The notes below the pieces were generated by a model. It was not told the origin of the DNA and did not search any database. It saw only the letters and a list, made by a program, of their open reading frames with translations. From positions 288,001 through 352,000 of the forward strand of contig CAVYES010000004.1 of NCBI GenBank assembly GCA_963767735.1: 64,000 nucleotides of DNA, written 5' to 3'. The translations under genes and the position numbers were made by a program. This document shows positions 19,753 through 30,359 of the stretch, in pieces (positions within the stretch are counted from its first letter, which is position 1; each line of letters begins with the position of its first letter). This DNA comes from Candidatus Bathyarchaeota archaeon. GTDB lineage: Archaea > Thermoproteota > Bathyarchaeia > Bathyarchaeales > Bathycorpusculaceae.

Positions 19753-21686
19753 TCACACATTTCTATTTACGCTGTTTCTCTTTCTTGCAAATACAGTTAA
19801 CAGTAGTATTATTACTGCAAACAGTGGCAGAATTATCCATGATGGAAACTCTGGAACGGTTGGAGCTGGCGATACAGATGGCAAAGAGGCATCGGAAACA
19901 AACTGAATAGTCCCATTACCCATATCAAGCATTACATTCTTCCCTGAATCATAAACCATCGAATCACTATCTATTGGAACAGTTTCAATAACGCTTCTTG
20001 TCCTATCCGATATGATGTATGTGTCATACACAGCGCCGGCAAATAAGACGCTTTTCACTGGGTCATAGGCAACATTAATAGGAGAAAATTGTGGCGGGAA
20101 ACTTTCTAACGGAATAGAATCTATTACTGTATGAGTCTTATCAGAAACAACTAACACAGAACTATTAAAGGTAGGCAGGTATATCTCGCCTGTTGCTGAA
20201 TCATATGCCCCAGACCCAAGTAAAGTTATGCTTTTGTCTAATGGTATGGTTGCTATAACGGAATTAGTGGAATCCGATATAACCGAAATGTAATTTTCAG
20301 AATACTGGCCTAGAAAACCAGAACAGCTAACGTATATTTCTCCCTTAGCTGAATCGTACGTTAAGGCTCCTAGCGGGGATTGCCTCCTAAAGGTATGCTT
20401 GCCACGACTTGGTTGGTAATATCTGAGATAACTAAGACTCCTCCGAAAACCCCGCTGCTAACAAACATCTCCCCTTTGCCTGAGTCATAAACTATGTTTC
20501 CCGCGCTACTAAGGTTTGTATTCGAATCGATGGTTGCCACCACCGAATTGCTCATATCAGATATAACCACCACACCATTTCCATTTGTTGTAACATAAAC
20601 TTCATGGAGAGCAGAATCATAAGCAAGACTGGTTGGATTTTGACCAACTGTAACGTTTGCAAGTACTGTATTGTCGCTGTCTGATATTGCTAAAACCGTG
20701 TTGCTTGGTAGATATATTGGCATTCCCATCGCGCCATATCCAGATAAATAGTCAGGGTTTACCCACACTGCGCTTTTGTAGGAATCATATACCATTATAG
20801 GCTCACCGTTAAAGGGCACTGATTTGACTATTTCAACCGCGGTTAGCGAGGAAGAGGGCGTAGCGGTAGACGAGAGAGTAGGGGGAGAAGTAGGCGAAGA
20901 ACTGGGTGAAGTAGGTTGTGATGATGCAGAATTTGACAAGGTTAATGAATCAACAACTGATAAGTAACTTGTGATTTCATTTGTTAATTGCGATGTCTCA
21001 TCTGTGGGTGATGCGTAAAACTTAATCGGTGAGTCTATAGGTAATGAGCTAGTCAAATAATTCGTAAAATTCAAACCTACAACTGCCCCACCAACATTGT
21101 AAAATGTAGTAACAACCCATGGGTCTTGCGCCACTTGATTGCCATTGTTCACAACGGTTCCAATAACATAGTACGAGCCGTTACCGGGTAAATAAGAGGC
21201 ACTGCTCCCTGCTGGAATCGTCAAACCTGAATATTGAGTTGCAGTTGTTTCAGTAACGGAAGTAACTGTGACGGCGACAGTGCTAACACTGGAGACCCAA
21301 CTGAGGTCTTTGCTGATGCTGCTCTGAGCATTAAGGTCTATGTAGAAAGGTGCTTTTTGTTCAGGAAGCATGTCATACACGAATGCTTGGCTTGTAGTTG
21401 TGGCCAACTCTGTTCCAGTGGAGCTAAAAGCACTGCCTTCGACAGTTACGTTTCCTATAATGTTTGAACCAACATTTTCTACTTCACCAACAATGATTAA
21501 ATCGCCAGGTTCTGATGCTAAGACAGTTGTCGAAGGCGCAACATACGAACTGTAACTCAGAACTATAACCCCTGAAATTGCCCTTTCTGCAACAGCGTTT
21601 ACTGAGCTAACAGTATCTGTTGTTGCCAAAACCATCGCGCTAATCATTAATGCTATTAATACGATGCTTAAACGCGACTTATACAT
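19753..21686 (-). CDS. FxLYD-like domains + YncE propeller + PEF tail; frameshift near 20378
   Basis: IVGEVENVG/VIGTVVNNG domains. YDS..GE.FV repeats continue in the next frame (LGALTYDSAKGEIYVS) to VPEF-TM-RKR. Confidence 0.8.
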
Positions 21687-21839
21687 CTCCTAGCTCCATC
21701 CTAAACTTATTGTTGCTTTGTTCATTATTTTATTTGCTTCTCTTTTGCTTCCACAAGGCTATTTCCGTGCTTTTCAGATTTAAGGCTTATCGTGGTTTCA
21801 AAAAGCCAAAAAAAAGAATAATATACACATAACTTATTT

Positions 21840-22925
21840 TCAGTGCTTGCGTTTCCTGCAGTAGACCAACAAACCAGAAGCCACCATTATAGTGAGCAGT
21901 AGCGGAGTTGTCCATATTGGAAACTCTGGAATAGAAGAGCTAGGCAACAGGAGCGAGGGAGCTGATATCACCGAGACCTTATTGCTTTCAGAATAGGTCA
22001 CAAATATCGCCCCTTTGCCGGCATCATAACATATGCCTTGGGGGTGGGTTTCCAGAGCTATGTTTGCAACAACAGGATTGTTACTGTTTGATATCACCGA
22101 GACCGAGCTTGAATTATAGTTCGCTACAAAGACCTGGCCATTACCAGAATCATACACCACACCGTTGGGACCGACTCCTACGTCAACGGTTGCAACAACC
22201 AGGTCTGTGCTACCTGATATTATTGATACCGAACTGGAATTGAAGTTGGCTGCGAAAATTTCTCCTTTAGCAGAATCATAAGCTAAGCTTAAGGGTTGAC
22301 TTCCCACGGTTACGTTTGCAACAACGGCGTTAGAGCTGTCCGATATCACTGAGACCTGATTGGAAGCAGCATGACCTACGAAGATTTCTCCTTTACCTGA
22401 ATCATAAGCTACTGCACAAGGTTGACTTCCGACAGTTATGTTTGCAACCACAGTATTGTTTCTGTCGGATATAACTGAGACCGAACTGGAATTGTAGTTG
22501 GCTACGAAAATTTCGCCTTTATCAGAATCATAAGCTGCAGCAATGGGCTGACTTCCTACGGCTATGTTTGCAACAACAGTATTGGTGCTATCCGATATCA
22601 CCGAGACCAAATCGGATGCATAGTTAGCTACAAATAATTCCCCATTGGCAGAGTCATAAGCTATTCCTACTGGCTTGCTTCCTACAGCTAGGTCTGAAAC
22701 GACTGTATTAGTGCTGTCTGATATTACATAGACCAAATCGAAATCCCCATTGGCTATGAAGATTTCGCCTTTATCAGAATCATAAGCTATGCCATAGTAG
22801 CCACCCGGTTTTTCCAACGTTATCGTGGCGGTTATTTCAACGGCGTGAATGGCATTGGTTGCGGATAAGACAAGAATTATAGTGATTAGAATTGAGACAA
22901 GGAAAGCTTTGTTTTGGTCTTTCAC
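21840..22925 (-). CDS. YncE/YVTN beta-propeller surface protein with PEF tail
   Basis: Seven VG.QP..AYDS.KGEIFVAN..S.SVSVISD repeats; IPEF-TM-RKRKH. Confidence 0.93.
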   Translation of the reverse strand: MKDQNKAFLVSILITIILVLSATNAIHAVEITATITLEKPGGYYGIAYDSDKGEIFIANGDFDLVYVISDSTNTVVSDLAVGSKPVGIAYDSANGELFVANYASDLVSVISDSTNTVVANIAVGSQPIAAAYDSDKGEIFVANYNSSSVSVISDRNNTVVANITVGSQPCAVAYDSGKGEIFVGHAASNQVSVISDSSNAVVANVTVGSQPLSLAYDSAKGEIFAANFNSSSVSIISGSTDLVVATVDVGVGPNGVVYDSGNGQVFVANYNSSSVSVISNSNNPVVANIALETHPQGICYDAGKGAIFVTYSESNKVSVISAPSLLLPSSSIPEFPIWTTPLLLTIMVASGLLVYCRKRKH

Positions 22926-24691
22926 AAATATGCCTTCCGCTTAGATTTAAGGTGCACAAAAGTAACTGCGATAACGCCCGTTGCCATCACTAAAATGAGC
23001 GCTGCACTGTTGAACTCTGGAACAGTTGGAGTAGGGGTTGGCGTTATGTTTGGAGTAAGCGTTGGCGTCAATGTTGGCGTCGGCTGACTTGAATCTATTG
23101 TGAAATAAACAGTATTAACCCAAGTGGTTTGGCTAATTAATGTGTCTGCCGTTATATTGCCGCTATAGAGTTCTTCGTCAATTCCAATACTTAATTGATG
23201 TGAACCATTAGGTAGTTGCGGTAACTGAAATGACCCATTTACCGTATAGTATTCTGGGATGGGAATGGAATTCGGATTGAGACTCCAAGGCAAGCCACCT
23301 TGATATTGTCCGTCAATGCTATAGTTTAATGAGCTTTGGACACCTTTTGGGCAATTGAATGTGCCGTTGCATTCTACAACATTAGAATTATATGTTGTGT
23401 TGACTGGTGAATAAAGGGTAAGTCCAGAAGAGAAAACAATAGAGTTGACCTTCGGTACAGGAGTGGGAGTTGGTAGGGGAGTTGGGGTGGCGGTCGGCGG
23501 TGAAGTTGGCGGCGATGTAGCATTTAACGCATAAACATCTCCATTGACTGAGCCTACGTAGACTACGCCGTTGACGACAGCAGGAGACGACTCAACCCAA
23601 TTGCCCGTATTATAATTCCAAAGTTTGGCACCTGTATTTGCATTCAAGGCATAAACGTTGCCGTCCTCAGAACCAACGTAAACTATACCGTTTGCAACAG
23701 CAGGAGACGAAACAACCACGCCACCAGTGGTGTAATTCCAAAGCTGGATGCCGTTAGCAGCGTTCAAAGCATAAATGTTTCCGTCACCCGAACCTATGTA
23801 AACTGCGCCATTGACGATTGCGGGTGACGAATCAACAAATTTGCCCGTAGTGTAATTCCATAGTTGGGTGCCGCTTGTTGCGTTCAAAGCGTAAACGCTG
23901 CCATCTTCAGAGCCCACGTAGACCGTGCCACCAATTACTGCTGGCGATGAATAAACATAGCCGCCTGTGGTGTAGTTCCAAAGTTGGGCACCCCCACTGG
24001 CATTTAGGGCATAAACGTTGCTATCATCTGAGCCCACAAAAACTATGCCGTTGATAAAGGCTGGAGATGAAACAGCCCAGTAGCCAGTTGAGTAATTCCA
24101 AAGTTGAGATCCGTCGCTGGCGTTCAAAGCGTAAATGTGGTCGTCTGCAGAGCCGAAATAGACTACGCCGTTGACTACGTTGCAGGGTGAAACTGCGTTG
24201 CTACTAAATACTCCATTGTCGACTCTGGGAGATGAAAGCCCGACTCCAGTTACGTAATTCCATAGTTCGGTACCGTCTGTTGCGTTTAGGGCGTAAATGT
24301 CTGCCACCAAAGAAACCGTTGACGGTTGGGTTGCAGTAGGTCCAAAGGAGCCGACGTAAACTACCCCGTTGACAACGGCAGGAGACGAATCATCCTCGTT
24401 GATAGTGTTGAACTTCCAAAGTTGTATGCCGTCAGCACAGTTCAAAGCATAAACGTTTCCGTCACCCGAACCTATGTAAACTACGCCGTCGACAACTGCG
24501 GGAGACGAAGTAACAGAGCTACTTGTGTTAAAGCTCCAAAACGGCACGGAATTGAAGGGCGAATTTTCCGTTCCTATGCCTGTGTGAGATGGATCTGCAC
24601 GGAACATTGCCCAGTCAGCGTTTGCAAACGGAATCAAAACTACGCTGGAAATAAAAATTATGCAAACTAATGCCCCGACGGTTTTTTTCAC
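22922..24691 (-). CDS. PQQ-like beta-propeller + Ig-like domain surface protein with PEF tail
   Basis: Eight propeller repeats, PT linker, NYSIDG..GSHQL domain, VPEF-TM. Confidence 0.93.
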   Translation of the reverse strand: MKKTVGALVCIIFISSVVLIPFANADWAMFRADPSHTGIGTENSPFNSVPFWSFNTSSSVTSSPAVVDGVVYIGSGDGNVYALNCADGIQLWKFNTINEDDSSPAVVNGVVYVGSFGPTATQPSTVSLVADIYALNATDGTELWNYVTGVGLSSPRVDNGVFSSNAVSPCNVVNGVVYFGSADDHIYALNASDGSQLWNYSTGYWAVSSPAFINGIVFVGSDDSNVYALNASGGAQLWNYTTGGYVYSSPAVIGGTVYVGSEDGSVYALNATSGTQLWNYTTGKFVDSSPAIVNGAVYIGSGDGNIYALNAANGIQLWNYTTGGVVVSSPAVANGIVYVGSEDGNVYALNANTGAKLWNYNTGNWVESSPAVVNGVVYVGSVNGDVYALNATSPPTSPPTATPTPLPTPTPVPKVNSIVFSSGLTLYSPVNTTYNSNVVECNGTFNCPKGVQSSLNYSIDGQYQGGLPWSLNPNSIPIPEYYTVNGSFQLPQLPNGSHQLSIGIDEELYSGNITADTLISQTTWVNTVYFTIDSSQPTPTLTPTLTPNITPTPTPTVPEFNSAALILVMATGVIAVTFVHLKSKRKAYL

Positions 24692-24843
24692 GCGATTTCT
24701 CCCTCAATTTTGCGGTGATTCACAGGTGCTTTAGCTTTCAGAGAATTTTCGGTTACATCGTCAGAAGACAACGCAGGCTTAGCCACAATTACGCAAGGTA
24801 CAGTTTGGAAGACGAGAGCAAGCACTAAGGCGAGATTTTTCAC
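24688..24843 (-). pseudogene. Truncated secreted protein (signal peptide + start of a Kelch-like protein)
   Basis: MKNLALVLALVFQTVPCVIVAKPALSSDDVTENSLKAKAP then an abrupt tail overlapping the next start (GTGA). Confidence 0.5.
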
Positions 24844-25017
24844 TCAAGCTCATCTAACCTTACTTAAGCAAGGGTGGCGATAAAAGAGTTCTTGTAAAGA
24901 TTACTTGACACATGATTTCTTGACTTGTGGTTTAGGTCATTTCTGCGCTTTTCAGATTTAAGACTTATCTTCACAAAAACTTTGGGAAAAAGAATAATGT
25001 TCTTCTTTGATTGATGA

Positions 25018-25599
25018 TTATGGCGTATTTGTCCACACAGGCGTTACAGTCCAATTGGAAATATAGCATGAGCCAAAAACGTTTAGATTAATTTGAGCAG
25101 ATTGTCCTCCATCTAAATCTGTTAGAGAATAACTGATTAGAGAAGAAGTGCCATTGCCTAAGTACTCAGACCCAAAGCCCATAAAATCTCCTTGAGTTAA
25201 TGGAACGGTCATGTTTATTGATAGTACATTACTTACAACAGTACCATTCGTTTCAGGAAATTCACCATATGCAACTACATGTAATCCTGCGTTGTGTGCC
25301 ACACCTTCTCCTATGTTAGTTACTGTGCCATAAAGATTGAGTTGGGGAAAACCTGCTACGCCTCCAGTAGTGTTTCGCCAACCTGCGGTTTCGGTTAGAT
25401 TAGTTACAAGATTCGCAGGCATTTGGCTTTCAAGGTTTGAGAGTTGGTTAGTAAGATTTGCTATTTCAGTGTTTAGAGAAGCAATCTTAGAGTTATCACT
25501 ATTAACTATTGCTTTATAAAAAAAAGCTGTGCCAGCAATCGCACTTACAAAGAGGACAGCTATCAAAACTGATACGGCTATTATTATTTTTTTATTCAT
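25018..25599 (-). CDS. MNKKII-family protein (copy 3)
   Basis: Paralog ending NWTVTPVWTNTP. Confidence 0.85.
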   Translation of the reverse strand: MNKKIIIAVSVLIAVLFVSAIAGTAFFYKAIVNSDNSKIASLNTEIANLTNQLSNLESQMPANLVTNLTETAGWRNTTGGVAGFPQLNLYGTVTNIGEGVAHNAGLHVVAYGEFPETNGTVVSNVLSINMTVPLTQGDFMGFGSEYLGNGTSSLISYSLTDLDGGQSAQINLNVFGSCYISNWTVTPVWTNTP

Positions 25600-25624
25600 T
25601 CAATCACTAACATTTCTATTTACG

Positions 25625-27061
25625 CTATTTCTCTTTCTTGCAAATACAATCGATAGCAGCATTGTTGCAAAAAGTGGCAGAATTATCCAAGTTTCTAAAC
25701 CTTGAAATAATGTACAAGCACAATGAAGTAGCCGCTCCGACGGCTGCAATTATTATGGCGAGTACAAAGAAAAGCTGCCCTTTTGAAGTGTCGATGTTGA
25801 CGGATTGGGTAAGGTATGGCTGAATTAACGGATATTCGTCCGTGTTGTTGCCGCCAATAGTGTATGGGGTGTCACCTATATCGTCCCCGTTGCGGGCAGT
25901 TCCATTGTAGCTGCTCCAGTAGTTGCCTTCCTTACCATTATCCCAATAGTTTATCGACAAAGATGAATTTCCCAAAAGAAGCAAGGGTTCGGAGTCGTTA
26001 ACGAAATTGTTATGGTAGAGGGTGTTGTTGCCAAATGGGTAATCGTCGCTGGAGCCACTCACCATTACTGCGTAACTGCAATTTGCGACAGTGTTTTCGT
26101 AGATAGTGCTGTTTACGCCGCCAAGGCTTAAGCCTGATTCTGAAAAGTTGAATATGTTATTTTCGTAGATAACGCTGTAGGAACTAACTCCGATGGCATC
26201 TATTCCATTTACCATGGTGTTTCTTGCGACTGTTCCGTTGTCGCCAGCCCCTATCGGATCCACCACGTTTACTAAAACATTGTCGATTATTGTGTTCGAG
26301 TAACTAAAGCTCATGGATATGCCAGTCGTCGCGTCGCTAATGTTATTTTTGGAAATGGTGTTGCTTACTGATGGCCCAAAACCATACCAGCTAGTATAAC
26401 CTATTGCAGTCGTTGAGTTGCCAAAGGTATTGCCCGTTACTGTTGTATCATTAGCTGAGTTTACATCTACCCCAGTGTTAACGTTTGACAAAACATTATC
26501 TTGAATGATTACGCTTGAGCAGTTTTGTATCCATATGCCTTGCCAAAACAAGCTAATTTGAAAGTTCTTGATTGTGACGTTGTGTACGTCCTGAAGGTCA
26601 AAGCCTTCAAGAGCATATCTGTTGCCGTAGTTGAAACCTTGCAAGGCATGACCTGCACCGTCAATTATGATGTTGTCGCTTTGAACGTTGATGGTTTGAT
26701 TAATAATATCTTGGGTTAATGTGTAAACATCTCCATTTCGCTGAATAGGTGCCGCAGTTGAGTTTACGCTTCCGTTCGCTTCGATCGTTATGCTACTAAG
26801 GGGATTAGCAAAAAATACCTGATAACTCGATGCTGAAGAAAATGAATTTGAGGCTGACAAGAACGGCTCGATTGACAAGCTTGAAGGAATTGTTGGTAAC
26901 GTTGATTGTGCCGTCGATCCTGCCTGCGAAGGAAAGAAGCTGAAGCTTATTCCACCTAGCAGAAGCGCGGAAACTATTGCAATCGTAATAGTGATGACGA
27001 TTTTGATTTTCTGTTGACTCATATCTGCCACTTCGTGAGATTTGATAAAGGCGAGGGTCAT
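25625..27061 (-). CDS. NosD/CASH right-handed beta-helix surface protein
   Basis: IDGAGH, Asn ladders, YHNNF, WDNGKEGNYWS..GIGDTPY..DEYPL; C-terminal TM. Confidence 0.92.
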   Translation of the reverse strand: MTLAFIKSHEVADMSQQKIKIVITITIAIVSALLLGGISFSFFPSQAGSTAQSTLPTIPSSLSIEPFLSASNSFSSASSYQVFFANPLSSITIEANGSVNSTAAPIQRNGDVYTLTQDIINQTINVQSDNIIIDGAGHALQGFNYGNRYALEGFDLQDVHNVTIKNFQISLFWQGIWIQNCSSVIIQDNVLSNVNTGVDVNSANDTTVTGNTFGNSTTAIGYTSWYGFGPSVSNTISKNNISDATTGISMSFSYSNTIIDNVLVNVVDPIGAGDNGTVARNTMVNGIDAIGVSSYSVIYENNIFNFSESGLSLGGVNSTIYENTVANCSYAVMVSGSSDDYPFGNNTLYHNNFVNDSEPLLLLGNSSLSINYWDNGKEGNYWSSYNGTARNGDDIGDTPYTIGGNNTDEYPLIQPYLTQSVNIDTSKGQLFFVLAIIIAAVGAATSLCLYIISRFRNLDNSATFCNNAAIDCICKKEK

Positions 27062-27198
27062 GTGGGGATTACCTTTGATTGTTTTTGTAGCCTCGCTTTA
27101 TTTTGTCAAGTTAACCAACTGCAGGCGGCTACTTAATTCTACATTTTAGAACAAAACGGCTTGTTTACAGGGTATCTGTTCAAAAGTCTTGAACACGG

Positions 27199-27669
27199 AT
27201 GCGCTTAAATCCACCATCCAAATTAATTGAAAGAGCAGTGGCTACCTTGGGGTCTGACAAAACCGACGATGTACTCAGAGGAACAACCCTTGAAGTCTAC
27301 CATTTCATCCTAAAAAGCGGTAAACCCGTTGGAGTTCGGGAAGTTCAAAGAGCCCTCAACCTGAGTTCACCCTCATTGGCAGTATATCACATGTCCAAAC
27401 TTGAAGAAGCTGGACTTCTTAAACGTGAAAACGGTGACTACGTAATTAACAAAGTTGTGCTAAAAGACACCGTCAAAATTAGTCACTTCTTCATACCAAG
27501 ATACCTATTCTATGCGATATTCACCGTCGCAGCCCTCATAATTGAACTAACACTGCTAAGACCACCTATTATCACAAGCGGGTACTTCTTTACAACAGTA
27601 GTCACTGGAGTGTGCGCAGCTGCATTCTGCTTTGAAACCGTGAGAACATTGATTAAGGGCAGCTTCTAA
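27199..27669 (+). CDS. Membrane-anchored winged-helix transcriptional regulator
   Basis: LRGTTLEVY..PVGVREVQRALNLSSPSLAVYHMSKLEEAGLL plus 2 C-terminal TMs. Confidence 0.88.
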   Translation: MRLNPPSKLIERAVATLGSDKTDDVLRGTTLEVYHFILKSGKPVGVREVQRALNLSSPSLAVYHMSKLEEAGLLKRENGDYVINKVVLKDTVKISHFFIPRYLFYAIFTVAALIIELTLLRPPIITSGYFFTTVVTGVCAAAFCFETVRTLIKGSF

Positions 27670-28164
27670 AACAAACTGACAGTTCTGCTCTTTACTCTCT
27701 TATTTAAAAATCCTTGTTGCCATCGATCTTCCACTTTTCATCAATCCAAAGCTGTCATGTTCTCAATTCGGTTCTTGCTTCTTTGCAGAGAAATAAGGTT
27801 TAGGCCCTCGCGGAGGGCGTCAACGAAATCTTCAATGTCGACCAGCGCCCTCTTTGTTTCCTCAACGAACACGCGGTTCTATTCGTTGATTGATACTGCG
27901 TCCTTGGCAACCTGCCGTTTATCCATAAACGTGCGATAAGCCGTCCGCACGGCATTGTAAAGTCTAAGCTCTCCTAATAACAAAGCCACGAATGAAGTCT
28001 CCTAACTGTTAGGCAAGAAACTGATGAATGAAAAAAAGGGAGAACGCAGAAGCGAAAATTCTAGCTGTCGATACGGGCTATCTCAGACAGAACTGAAAGA
28101 GACACAATTTTTCACCTAACAGTTGCGAAAGCTGTATAAGATAATTGAAGCAAACAAAATCTTT

Positions 28165-29358
28165 ATGAAGAACCTAAAGAAACTCTCATCCATCTTGATT
28201 TTATTCGCTGTAGTTCTTGCGTTGTCACTAACCAATTCGGTTCACGCAGTTGGAGTAATTGGCACAATAACGGTGGGCGATAATCCTGCAGGACTCGCTT
28301 ATGATACAGGAAAAAGCGAAATTTTTGTTGCCAATTACAATGATGGAACAATCTCTATTATTTCTGACACCAGCAATAATGTGGTTGGGCAACTTGCAAC
28401 TGGCCCCTCGCAGAACGCTCTCTCTACTCCTGACGACGTAGCCTATGATTCGGTGAAAGGAGAGATCTTTGTAACTAATACTAACCTAAATAATGTGTCT
28501 GTAATCTCAGACAGCACTAACACTATAGTTGCGAATATAACTGTAGGCGAACAGCCAGTGGGGATAGCCTACGATTCTGGCAAAGGAGAGATGTTTGTGG
28601 TTAACGCTGCTTCTGGCACGGTCTCAGTTATATCAGATAGCACAAATACCGTGATTGCAAACATGACCGTTGTTGCCAACACTTCGCTCGTGCAAGCACA
28701 CGCTGAATATCCAGTTAGTATAGCTTACGACTCTGGTATGAACGAACTCTTCGTTACTACGGACCCAGGAACGGTCTATGTTATTTCGGATAGTAGCAAT
28801 ACTGTGGTTGCTAATGTGACTGTTGGAGATAGCCCTGCAGGTTTAGCTTATGATGCTAGTAAGGGGGAGGTTTTCGTTACTAATTTTGATTCCCAAACTG
28901 TTTCAGTCATTTCGGACAAATCTAATGAGGTAGTTGCAACCGTGCCCGTTGGAGGCTACCCAGAAAGTGTTGCTTTCGATTCGGGCAAAAGCGAAATGTT
29001 TGTGGTCAGCTCTGGTTCTAATACTCTCGCGCCACAAGACACTCTTGGCAGTGTTTCCGTCATATCGGACAGCAGTAATACCGTGATCGCTAACTTCACC
29101 GTGGGGGGCTGTAATGGTGTAGCCTATGATTCTGCTAAGGGCGAGGTCTTCACGACCAATGCTGGTTTCGGCACGGTCTCTGTCATAACCGATGCCTCTG
29201 ACACATCAGCGTCGCCAAGCCCAACTATATCTACAATTCCTAGTCCAACTGTTCCCGAGTTGAGCAACCAGGCTCTCATTTTGGTGGTCGTATTAATCGT
29301 GGCATTGACCTTTTGCGCGTTGTATCGGCATATAAAAAATCGACCCGACTTGCATTAG
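28165..29358 (+). CDS. YncE/YVTN beta-propeller surface protein with PEL tail
   Basis: AYDSGKGEMFV repeats; VPEL-TM-RHIKNR. Confidence 0.92.
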   Translation: MKNLKKLSSILILFAVVLALSLTNSVHAVGVIGTITVGDNPAGLAYDTGKSEIFVANYNDGTISIISDTSNNVVGQLATGPSQNALSTPDDVAYDSVKGEIFVTNTNLNNVSVISDSTNTIVANITVGEQPVGIAYDSGKGEMFVVNAASGTVSVISDSTNTVIANMTVVANTSLVQAHAEYPVSIAYDSGMNELFVTTDPGTVYVISDSSNTVVANVTVGDSPAGLAYDASKGEVFVTNFDSQTVSVISDKSNEVVATVPVGGYPESVAFDSGKSEMFVVSSGSNTLAPQDTLGSVSVISDSSNTVIANFTVGGCNGVAYDSAKGEVFTTNAGFGTVSVITDASDTSASPSPTISTIPSPTVPELSNQALILVVVLIVALTFCALYRHIKNRPDLH

Positions 29359-29525
29359 ATCATGCGCCACAATGAAACCCCGCTTAAATCTAATGAACGT
29401 TCGAAATGCAGCCTACGTTGACGAGACCTGCTTACGTCTCGCATCTTCGATGTTCTAAAGGATAGAACTAAATATTGCAGTCTTTAATCTTAGGATAAAG
29501 AAATTCCTCTGGCGGCCTGGCTTAA

Positions 29526-30224
29526 ATGGGACTCTCTAGGAAACTGGTTTTTACTGTGCTTCTGCTTGTTGCAGTTTTCCTAATATCTTTTCTTGTTGCT
29601 TTCTTTGCCTTTTCGCTTACCCCTTATGGACATGTTACCGAGCGAGTGTATTCGCCAATCTTTCCTTATTCCTATGCTGATAATGACACTTCAACTATAG
29701 GAGGCGCATGGCAAAGCCAACTTCTTTCTCCACAGCCAGAAGCTGGTTCAACTAACGTTTCACGTGATACGACAATTTTGATTATCGAACCTAGACCCAT
29801 AAAGATCGAGAATCTGACTTTAAGCCCTCCACTGCCTATAACGATAAAATCTAGCGATTACGTTTTTTCAGCATATATGGAGGCCTATCCTGCCGCGCTT
29901 TTGCAGCCGAACACAACTTACAATGTGTCAGCAATAGTGGCTGGCACACCGTCATGGTGGATTTTTACCACGTCGTCTGAACCTTCTCAGCCAACATTCA
30001 GCACTCACTTAGCACCTTACGATACATGGGTGGCGTTTACAGCAGCGATTCTTGTGACATTAACAGTCTCAGTAATTTTGATCCAAAGAAAAACGAATAC
30101 TTGGTTTCTGGGTAACTCGGTTACAAACACGAGCAAACCAACACCTGAAGCGCGTTGCCTATCCCTCTCGACCTCATTTTCGTTCTCCACATCCAATCAG
30201 CCTAAAGCTGTCATATTCACTTGA
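29526..30224 (+). CDS. Membrane protein with Ig-like (Big_5-type) domain
   Basis: P..GSTNVSRDT..LLQPNTTYNV..WIFTT; TM at both ends. The C-terminus reads into remnant sequence. Confidence 0.8.
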   Translation: MGLSRKLVFTVLLLVAVFLISFLVAFFAFSLTPYGHVTERVYSPIFPYSYADNDTSTIGGAWQSQLLSPQPEAGSTNVSRDTTILIIEPRPIKIENLTLSPPLPITIKSSDYVFSAYMEAYPAALLQPNTTYNVSAIVAGTPSWWIFTTSSEPSQPTFSTHLAPYDTWVAFTAAILVTLTVSVILIQRKTNTWFLGNSVTNTSKPTPEARCLSLSTSFSFSTSNQPKAVIFT

Positions 30225-30359
30225 CTATTTAATGCCCCGTTAATAGACCTCACAGGTTAAAGAATAAAAGTTAAGTCCAGTTTTCTGGACATTACAAAGC
30301 CAAGTTATCTTTACAAGCAACCTTTTATCGGTCTTACTTCTTAACAGCTTATTGAAGAG

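Noticed and set aside
21840-24691. Nucleotide tandem repeats in propeller genes
   Set aside because: Explained by ~40 aa blade repeats of YncE/PQQ proteins; same for 28165-29358 and 44552-45844.
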